The notes below the pieces were generated by a model. It was not told the origin of the DNA. It made no database searches and saw only the letters and a list, made by a program, of their open reading frames with translations. The position numbers and the translations under genes are program-made. A stretch of DNA of 39,124 bases. Origin: a virus (lineage: Duplodnaviria > Caudoviricetes). Positions 1-6,400 of the stretch are shown here, one piece after another. How positions within the stretch are numbered: position 1 is the first letter of the stretch; every line of letters starts with the position of its first letter. The stretch covers positions 1 to 39,124 of the IMG/VR virus record IMGVR_UViG_3300030372_005208. One strand, 5' to 3'.

Positions 1-4
1 ATGC

Positions 5-32
5 TGTAGTGCGAAGGAAATGCTGGCAGAAA
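5..32 (+). repeat. Left terminal inverted repeat (attL, transposase site L1)
   Basis: TGTAGTGCGAAGGAAATGCTGGCAGAAA matches the reverse complement of 39093-39120 at 25/28 positions. Confidence 0.92.
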
Positions 33-145
33 CAGGGCGTTTAATCCGGAAGATCCAAGATGTGCCCGGAAGATGCCGGATGATGATCCAGCCCTAAAAA
101 CAGGGCGATTGAAGCGGGCGCATCTGAAAACGTGTGATAAACGCA

Positions 146-190
146 CTGCCAAATAAACTTCGCACCTAAAGCGAAGATGCCGATGGCCAG
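146..190. repeat. Additional left-end putative transposase binding sites
   Basis: 146-163 CTGCCAAATAAACTTCGC (motif GCGAAG-N6-TGGCAG on the minus strand, near-direct repeat of 39074-39091) and 171-190 GCGAAG-N7-TGGCCAG. Confidence 0.65.
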
Positions 191-226
191 AAAATGAATT
201 CCATAAAAATAAGGGATTCGGTGTCG

Positions 227-341
227 CAAGGTGGGACGGCAGTGGCTGTGCCGCTTGGAAACGTCCCACCTTGTTCAAACCCCTGTTAAACATCGCTTCA
301 ACTGAGTTCTCAGTTCGGGCGACTCAAATAAAGGTGGGACG
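227..341. repeat. Three copies of AAGGTGGGACG (one inverted pair plus one direct copy)
   Basis: CAAGGTGGGACG 227-238 / CGTCCCACCTTG 262-273 is a perfect 12-bp inverted repeat; third copy at 331-341. Confidence 0.8.
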
Positions 342-381
342 CTTTGGGTCGATCATTTGTCGGTCAAAATCGCTGCCTACG

Positions 382-1311
382 TCACCAAGGCAGGTTCGCC
401 TGCCCATCTGCGATTGTACCCTCCACAGATCCCACCGTCTTTAGGTAGGCCCGCGTCATAAGCTTTGGTGCTTCTGGATGATCGCTTGCGTGAATAAGGT
501 AGAATGATCTCTTCTTGCCCGTGTCGCGCTGGAAGATGGGAAACGCATTGACGTGTTTGTATCCGAGTTCAAAGCTGAAACGAGCTGCAACTTGATCCAC
601 CATTCCGATTTGGGTCAAGCTCTTCAGTGAGGTCCACTCCGGTCCTCCCCACCACCTATCAATTTCTGCGATCCGGTCGGGCGTTTTGGATTGGGTAAGC
701 GACCGGTGTAGCCATGAAGCGCCGAGAAAATACATCAGCTCAATCTTTGTCCGGCCGCCTCGATTGGCCAAAGCCTTAACGGTCGACCAATGGCACTCTG
801 TATTTCGTTGATCCAACAGAGCGAAGATCGCCGCCCTTGGCGTAAAGCGGTCGCTCTTGAGTATGTCGTGGACAATCTCATTAAAATCACCTTCGTGGAC
901 AAAGACCCTTCTCGAACGCGGATCCCTATGATGCTGCGCCTTGAGAGTTCGAAGTTGCTTTATGCCTTCTGGATCGATGTCGCACAGCCAGAAATTTCTG
1001 ATCCGTTTGGGTTCAATCTCCAATACGCGCCGCGCTGTCCAAGCCTCTTCGTGCCCACGGCTCTGTGGTGCAGCGAAGCCGTCGATGTACATGCCGCCGT
1101 TGGTCACTCTTTGGAAGTTGGACAAATACTCAGCGATTAGCTTGCTCTTCGAATTTGTCTGGCTGGGCGGCGGGCCAATGCCCCTCTCTGGAATCCTTCC
1201 GCCTTCGAAGACGAACACGCTCTTCGGGGCCTTCCCACCCAGTAGATCTACGGGGAAGAGTTCTGGCTGTTCTGAGCTCAGGTCGCGACCCTCTGTGGCA
1301 GTTGATCCCAT
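382..1311 (-). CDS. tcmP: Three-Cys-motif partner protein (TcmP family), SAM-dependent methyltransferase-like fold
   Basis: KSKLIAEYL...YIDGFAAP, GDFN, FALLD...W.TV..LA, FYLIHASDH motifs; directly downstream of and overlapping the DUF5131 gene; start codon uncertain. Confidence 0.8.
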   Translation of the reverse strand: MGSTATEGRDLSSEQPELFPVDLLGGKAPKSVFVFEGGRIPERGIGPPPSQTNSKSKLIAEYLSNFQRVTNGGMYIDGFAAPQSRGHEEAWTARRVLEIEPKRIRNFWLCDIDPEGIKQLRTLKAQHHRDPRSRRVFVHEGDFNEIVHDILKSDRFTPRAAIFALLDQRNTECHWSTVKALANRGGRTKIELMYFLGASWLHRSLTQSKTPDRIAEIDRWWGGPEWTSLKSLTQIGMVDQVAARFSFELGYKHVNAFPIFQRDTGKKRSFYLIHASDHPEAPKLMTRAYLKTVGSVEGTIADGQANLPW

Positions 1312-2111
1312 TCCTGGCCATCCAGTTTCCTACCGGCGAGTTTTTTGCCGATGCGGATCATCTCTGTACCGTCAGCGGCCTTCGCCGTAGCCGTGCGTTT
1401 AGCGGTAAGCAGATTGATGCCATCGCCAGGGGCCCAGTCACCCCACTGCTTGAAGTGGAATGCGACCTCTCGCTCCATGCACTGGGCGTGGAGATCGCGG
1501 AACCACAGCGGTGAAGCTGGACGCGCCTTTGGGCCACTTTCACCGCCGGTGATGACCCAGTCGATTGTGGAGCCAAGCCAATTCTTCAGATTCAGCGGCC
1601 CTAGCAACGGCTCTGCCGAGATAAACCGAACCTTGGCAGGAATGCTCTCCAGGTACGGCAACAGCTCATCCGCGCGGGTCTGCAGCTCCACCGTTGTTCC
1701 AAGCCAGACGTTGTCGGGCCAGTTGTCCGTCCACCGCGCAAGGTGTGCGACATTTTGGGGACGCTTCGTGAGAAGAAGCCAGTCAAGATTGGGTGTTGCT
1801 TCGATCAGATCGAACAGCCGATCCCGTGTCTCGAGAAGTTCGTCGCGGTCCTCGAACACATCGGCCATGGAGGCACAGAACACGCGCGGACGTTCGGCTG
1901 CACCTTCTGCATCTCGGTTCCATTTCAAGGGCTGTCGCCAGTGGTTATCGCTTAAAAAACGGCGCTCGGGCTTTGGTCCCCAGACATTCTGGCCAACGCG
2001 CTTGGCCCATGCTTCGGCATAACAGTGTTTGCAGGCCTCGGAGACCTTTGTGCAACCCCACCAGGGATTAAACGTATGCGTCGTCCATTCGATCTTTGAA
2101 TTCGCGCCCAT
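1278..2111 (-). CDS. DUF5131 / phage Gp37-Gp68 family protein (CX6CX2C, radical-SAM-like)
   Basis: SKIEWT..TFNPWWGCTKVSEACKHCYAE, VFCASMADVF, LLTKRP, SAEPLLG, DWVITGGESG, FHFKQWG; start reassigned to ATG 2111 behind an AAGGAG RBS. Confidence 0.93.
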   Translation of the reverse strand: MGANSKIEWTTHTFNPWWGCTKVSEACKHCYAEAWAKRVGQNVWGPKPERRFLSDNHWRQPLKWNRDAEGAAERPRVFCASMADVFEDRDELLETRDRLFDLIEATPNLDWLLLTKRPQNVAHLARWTDNWPDNVWLGTTVELQTRADELLPYLESIPAKVRFISAEPLLGPLNLKNWLGSTIDWVITGGESGPKARPASPLWFRDLHAQCMEREVAFHFKQWGDWAPGDGINLLTAKRTATAKAADGTEMIRIGKKLAGRKLDGQEWDQLPQRVAT

Positions 2112-2190
2112 GATGTTCTCCTTTACGAAAGTTCTCGCATAGATATCATTGGCTGGGAACCCGGCTTGAAGTGCCCCTGAAGGAATCGCC

Positions 2191-2427
2191 ATGCAGAATA
2201 TTGACCCAAACCCGTTCGAAAAAATTGAATGCCAGGATCAGAATGGGACACCTGTTACCGTGGGAAAGCATGCGATAATCAGCGAGAGCAAGTCGCTGAT
2301 GAGCGGCAAAGTCCGCACCTCCAGCTCGCGATATACATTTCTTATGAATGGCCACGAGGTTGTTCAGATTGATGAGCAGACGTTTAGGGTGCCACAGACT
2401 GATCAGATTTTGAAAATTCAGGCCTGA
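2191..2427 (+). CDS. Hypothetical protein (78 aa), divergent from the DUF5131 operon
   Basis: ATG preceded by GAAGGAA; fills otherwise non-coding space. Confidence 0.65.
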   Translation: MQNIDPNPFEKIECQDQNGTPVTVGKHAIISESKSLMSGKVRTSSSRYTFLMNGHEVVQIDEQTFRVPQTDQILKIQA

Positions 2428-2500
2428 TTGAGAACGAAAACCGCTATCGTTTCGCGAGGGTAAGCATGCAAACCGTTAGCTGTGCAGCTCCATCTGATGT

Positions 2501-2734
2501 ATGCATAACCCAGCATTATATGGGTTTTCAGTTATGTTGGACGGCAATGTACAGCGGCATAAACTGCACGCAAATTGGCAGAGATTTATAAATTACGTTG
2601 AAGAACAACGCCTTGCTGTACTGGAAATACGCATTGAGCGCAGAAAACGCATTCTGGCCGATGATATCGCCGAGCGTCGCAGGATCATGATGCGGGCAAT
2701 CCGCAGGATGCGTCGCGCTGAAGGCAAGGCTTAA
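2501..2734 (+). CDS. Hypothetical basic helical protein
   Basis: 77-aa ORF with Arg-rich coiled-coil-like C-terminus; start uncertain. Confidence 0.5.
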   Translation: MHNPALYGFSVMLDGNVQRHKLHANWQRFINYVEEQRLAVLEIRIERRKRILADDIAERRRIMMRAIRRMRRAEGKA

Positions 2735-2742
2735 GTAGTTTT

Positions 2743-3189
2743 TTAGGTGGCTGGTGGGTTTTCGAAGGATCCATCTTGGCATTTGGTGCCACCCCGCATC
2801 CAGTATTCCACCCAAAGACGATTTCGATCGCGGGCGGATTGAATTCCATAGGGTGCTTTAATCGAGACAAGAGTGCCGCTTCCACGTCGCTCAAGTTTTG
2901 TTATCGAAAGTGTAATCGGATTTATGGCCGCAAGCCCTTGCCGGATCTCGGCATAGCCGAGTTCGTTGTATAGCTGACCATCCAACGTGACAGATCCAGT
3001 TCCGCCGATGAATACTGTCCCAGGCTTCAAACAGATGCGCATAGTTCTCAGCGCCCTTGCGTAAGTGGCTTGATAGTTACCAGAGATCAAAAACTGCTTC
3101 TCGAACGGTGCGCTTTCGACTGATGCGGTGTCTTGGCAACCAGATAGAGTTAGTGCTGCGGCTAAGCCGCCGATAAGTGACTTCAGCAT
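2743..3189 (-). CDS. Predicted lipoprotein, co-oriented downstream of the repressor
   Basis: MLKSLIGGLAAALTLSGC signal peptide II with lipobox LSGC; starts 12 bp after the repressor stop. Confidence 0.8.
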   Translation of the reverse strand: MLKSLIGGLAAALTLSGCQDTASVESAPFEKQFLISGNYQATYARALRTMRICLKPGTVFIGGTGSVTLDGQLYNELGYAEIRQGLAAINPITLSITKLERRGSGTLVSIKAPYGIQSARDRNRLWVEYWMRGGTKCQDGSFENPPAT

Positions 3190-3201
3190 AAGTACTCTTT
3201 C

Positions 3202-3948
3202 TCAAATCCAGTTGTGTTTAAACATAGGGCGCGAGTGCTTGGCCGGGCGTGGCTTTTGTTTTCGCGCGTCGTGGCTGTGTCCAGACCAGGCGAGGGATCC
3301 GATAATCCGAACGCGGTTGGCATCTTCACCCTGTCGCAGCTCAGTGGGACAATCGGGGTTCTCTGATCGTAGCAACAGCCCGTTTTCGATCAGCTCAATC
3401 CTCTTGATCCTGGTATCACCTTCAATATCGACGACGCCATAGATTTGCCCATCGCGCAGATCAGCTTGTCGCCGATCCAGTAGTACGAGGTCACCCTCGA
3501 ACAGAAGCGGTTCCATGCTGTTGCCACCCACGCTGCAAACGACACACTTGTCTGGAAGCAGACCCTTTTCTGACAGCCAGTCTCGCCGAAAGGAGACTGG
3601 AGACAGTTTCCGGGCATTGTCGCCGTTCGCTCCAGGGCCGGCCGAGAGGCTGACGTCGAAACGCTCTACGAACGCAAAGTCACTGAGCAGCTGTACCTTC
3701 TCGTGGCTACTGCGCGGCATTGAAGGTTCCGGTGGTCTTTTTGCTCCAATGTAAAAGTCCAACTCTAACGCTTCGCAGATCTCTTTCGCCCTCGTCAGAG
3801 TCGGGCCAGCACCTTCAGGGGATCTGATCACATTTCGTATCGCATCCGGCTTAAGCCCGTGCTGTTTTTCAATAACCGATACCTTTCCTCCGAGTTCGGC
3901 GACACGGGCAGCAACGAGTTCTGAAAAGGTAAAATTGTCTAGCTTCAT
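3202..3948 (-). CDS. Phage repressor, N-terminal HTH + S24 (LexA/CI-type) peptidase domain
   Basis: SAGPG cleavage region, GNSMEP (Ser) and RIKR (Lys) motifs; divergent from the early operon. Confidence 0.9.
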   Translation of the reverse strand: MKLDNFTFSELVAARVAELGGKVSVIEKQHGLKPDAIRNVIRSPEGAGPTLTRAKEICEALELDFYIGAKRPPEPSMPRSSHEKVQLLSDFAFVERFDVSLSAGPGANGDNARKLSPVSFRRDWLSEKGLLPDKCVVCSVGGNSMEPLLFEGDLVLLDRRQADLRDGQIYGVVDIEGDTRIKRIELIENGLLLRSENPDCPTELRQGEDANRVRIIGSLAWSGHSHDARKQKPRPAKHSRPMFKHNWI

Positions 3949-3951
3949 GAT

Positions 3952-4026
3952 TCGGTATTCTTACCGATAAAATGGCCTGTTGACTATCGGTATCGTTACC
4001 GCATATAAATTTGGTAACGATACCGA
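3952..4026. promoter_or_regulatory. Immunity switch: three palindromic operators and early promoter
   Basis: TCGGTATTCTTACCGA 3952-3967, TCGGTATCGTTACCGC 3987-4002, TTGGTAACGATACCGA 4011-4026; TTGACT (3980-3985) -18 bp- TATAAA (4004-4009) faces right. Confidence 0.85.
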
Positions 4027-4036
4027 AGGCAGAAGC

Positions 4037-4279
4037 ATGGACACAGACACCCTAAAAACTTTGGCGCACTTATACGCTGCTCATACAGGGCTAAAGCTGG
4101 CTACTGTTTCAACTTATGCTGCGAACGATGGAAAGTTCTTCAAGTCATTGGAAGACGGCTCCGGCTGTACCGTAAAGCGAGCAAATCGCCTAATCGCGTG
4201 GTTCAGTCAGAATTGGCCGAATGATCTAGTTTGGCCAACCGAGGTGCAGCGCCCTTCTAAAAAGAAGGAGGCGGCATAA
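4037..4279 (+). CDS. Ner/Cro-like small DNA-binding regulator
   Basis: First gene of the early operon, opposite the repressor; 80-aa HTH-like; start reassigned to ATG 4037. Confidence 0.75.
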   Translation: MDTDTLKTLAHLYAAHTGLKLATVSTYAANDGKFFKSLEDGSGCTVKRANRLIAWFSQNWPNDLVWPTEVQRPSKKKEAA

Positions 4280-4653
4280 TGAATATTCGTCGTAAGTTAG
4301 CGCTTCTCATTTGCCCTGAATTATCAACTGTGCGCGAAGATAAGCAAACTGCTCAAGGCGTCAGCTTGCGCGCTTCAGGCGTCAAAATTGTCAAAATGGC
4401 CGCTGAGTATGAGCAAGCGCGCGGCGAAAAGGTTTCGTTCCATAGCCTGCAGAAGGCGACGCATCCCGATTTGGTTTCTGATCATGATCTGTCGCGCCTT
4501 GTCAAAGCGATTGAGAGATTGCGGGCTGGCAATCAGGCTTCTTGTCATTGGGTGACTGTTCGGCTGGCAAACCGTGTCTTTCAAAGCGCTGAGCAACGTC
4601 TCGCGCTTTGCGCTGACATTCCCCGCCCCCCTAAAAAGAAGGACGCCGCATAA
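4279..4653 (+). CDS. Hypothetical protein, possible divergent paralogue of the Ner/Cro-like gene
   Basis: TAATG coupling at both ends; shares TV..ANR and RP.KKK.AA motifs with the upstream gene. Confidence 0.7.
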   Translation: MNIRRKLALLICPELSTVREDKQTAQGVSLRASGVKIVKMAAEYEQARGEKVSFHSLQKATHPDLVSDHDLSRLVKAIERLRAGNQASCHWVTVRLANRVFQSAEQRLALCADIPRPPKKKDAA

Positions 4654-4880
4654 TGCGTGATCATCCGCCACTTTCGCTGAACGGGGTCGAAGTCGCCCGC
4701 GAGGCGCTTGGTCAGCTGACCGAGGCTCAGCGCATTTCGTTGGCCATCGAAATCACCATCGGCGCGTCAGACCCGGCGTCGACCTTCCATCTGGTTCGCC
4801 TTGAGCGGACCGCATGCACCGTGGCCCAAGATCTGACCCGAGTTCAGTTCTTCAACGAGGAGATGCGCAAATGCCTATGA
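4653..4880 (+). CDS. Hypothetical protein (75 aa)
   Basis: Translationally coupled within the early operon. Confidence 0.7.
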   Translation: MRDHPPLSLNGVEVAREALGQLTEAQRISLAIEITIGASDPASTFHLVRLERTACTVAQDLTRVQFFNEEMRKCL

Positions 4881-5017
4881 CCGAAGAGAAGCCACTGAAG
4901 AGTGCCCGTCCACGGTACCAACTGCCCCCAACAATCGTCGAAGATGCCATCGCGGGCGTCGCATTCGTTGTCATCTGCGTGGCCGGATACTTTCTTGCCT
5001 GGGGAGGTCTGACATGA
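4877..5017 (+). CDS. Small membrane protein (46 aa, one C-terminal TM helix)
   Basis: ATGA overlaps at both ends; AIAGVAFVVICVAGYFLAW hydrophobic stretch. Confidence 0.65.
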   Translation: MTEEKPLKSARPRYQLPPTIVEDAIAGVAFVVICVAGYFLAWGGLT

Positions 5018-5250
5018 GCCGCTCTCCCGTCCAATCTTTTGCGGCGCTCAAGGACGCGCTGACCCAGATGATATCGCTGAACGATGCCATGGATGATGAC
5101 ACGCTCGGCCAAGAGGTGGGGCTGGTCAACAAGTGGGATGATCAGGCCAATCTCGCCATGGCGGCGTTTTCAGAGTTGGTTCAGCAAGAGGATGCGCTGC
5201 GCGATATCGAGGCATTGTTGGCCGCGACCTATGACGGGGTGCCCAGCTGA
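5014..5250 (+). CDS. Hypothetical acidic protein (78 aa)
   Basis: GGAGG RBS, coupled overlaps. Confidence 0.7.
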   Translation: MSRSPVQSFAALKDALTQMISLNDAMDDDTLGQEVGLVNKWDDQANLAMAAFSELVQQEDALRDIEALLAATYDGVPS

Positions 5251-5519
5251 TGCACGCCGCCACGATGTCCTCTGATCGACTGCGCCGGGTGAACAAGCTG
5301 CTGTCCGATCGCAAGCCGCACTCCACCCGTGAGATCATGCGCCGCGCCCATGTCTGCGCGATCAACAGCTGCGTGGCCGAGCTACGCCAGCGTGGTGCCG
5401 AGATCGTCTGTGAGCGCCAGCACATCAACGGCAAGTTTATCTTCTTCTACACGATGCTCACCCCACCGGATGACGCCCCAGAGAACGACCAAACCCTAGA
5501 TTTCACGGATGACGTATGA
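5250..5519 (+). CDS. Winged helix-turn-helix protein
   Basis: LLSD..PHSTREI...INSCVAELRQRG.EI wHTH pattern. Confidence 0.7.
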   Translation: MHAATMSSDRLRRVNKLLSDRKPHSTREIMRRAHVCAINSCVAELRQRGAEIVCERQHINGKFIFFYTMLTPPDDAPENDQTLDFTDDV

Positions 5520-6400
5520 CTGATACTCCAACGCCCCCTGTCTCAAGCCAAACCCATGATCTGCGCAGCGTTACTGTTGCGTTGATCGAAGTCGAAGTGC
5601 GGTTGCGTCCTGCGCGTGCCCATCGGATCGAGGTGCTGAAGCAGGATATCGACTGCAACGGCCTGACCCATCCCTTGCTGGTGGTGCGCAAGGGCCAGAA
5701 GTACCGGTTGATCGCTGGTCTTCAGCGTCTGGAAGCGGTTCGCGCACTGCGTTGGGCCGAAGTGCCTGTCACCGTTCTTCCGGAAGACACGCCCCCAGCC
5801 GATCTGCGCTTTGCCGAGATCATGGAAAATATCAACCGCGAAGAGCTCACAAAGCTCGAGCGGGCTGAACATCTGTCGGCGTTGAAAACCACATGGGAAG
5901 AAATGAACCCAGCAGCGAAGAACGGTGGAGACCGTCGCAGTGCTCGTGTACGACTGGTGAAAGACGCTGAAAACGCAGTAGAAAATCAGAGTGCAATTTT
6001 TGCACTCTGTTCCGATATCGCAGAACATGCTGGTCTTTCGAGACGGTCATTCTTCAACGCAATCGAGATCGCCAACGGCCTTTTCCCCAAAACCAAAGAC
6101 CGTATCCGCGAAACATGGATTGCCGACCATCAGGCGGGATTGCAGGCACTGGCCAAGGTTGCTGCTGATGTGCAGGAGCGCGCCTGTGATGCTCTGCTGT
6201 CCGAACCTCCGCTAGCCAGCAGTGTCGCCGATGCTCTTTTGCTGGCCGAAGGCCGCGCACTTCCTCGCAATGACGACAAGCACTATCACCGTGTCACAGC
6301 TACGTGGTCACGCCTGTCCACCAAAAGCCGCCGCGCGTTCATTGATGAGCACAAGCGCGAAATCCTCGAGCACGCGCGCGCACAGGGGTGGAGCCTCTGA
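5516..6400 (+). CDS. ParB N-terminal domain protein
   Basis: GLTHPLLV...YRLIAGLQRLEA (GxxRxxA), EIMENINREEL..LERA; HTH-like IAEHAGLSRRS. Confidence 0.88.
   Translation: MTDTPTPPVSSQTHDLRSVTVALIEVEVRLRPARAHRIEVLKQDIDCNGLTHPLLVVRKGQKYRLIAGLQRLEAVRALRWAEVPVTVLPEDTPPADLRFAEIMENINREELTKLERAEHLSALKTTWEEMNPAAKNGGDRRSARVRLVKDAENAVENQSAIFALCSDIAEHAGLSRRSFFNAIEIANGLFPKTKDRIRETWIADHQAGLQALAKVAADVQERACDALLSEPPLASSVADALLLAEGRALPRNDDKHYHRVTATWSRLSTKSRRAFIDEHKREILEHARAQGWSL

Noticed and set aside
41-229. 62-aa minus-strand ORF at the left end
   Set aside because: Overlaps transposase-binding and end repeats; non-ATG start and no support
2157-2171. Possible alphaproteobacterial LexA box GAAC-N7-GAAG upstream of DUF5131
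   Set aside because: One mismatch in an 8-base consensus; could easily be chance
3952-4026. Short repeats considered as a mini-CRISPR
   Set aside because: 16-bp palindromes with irregular short spacing overlapping promoters, and no cas genes; they fit operators
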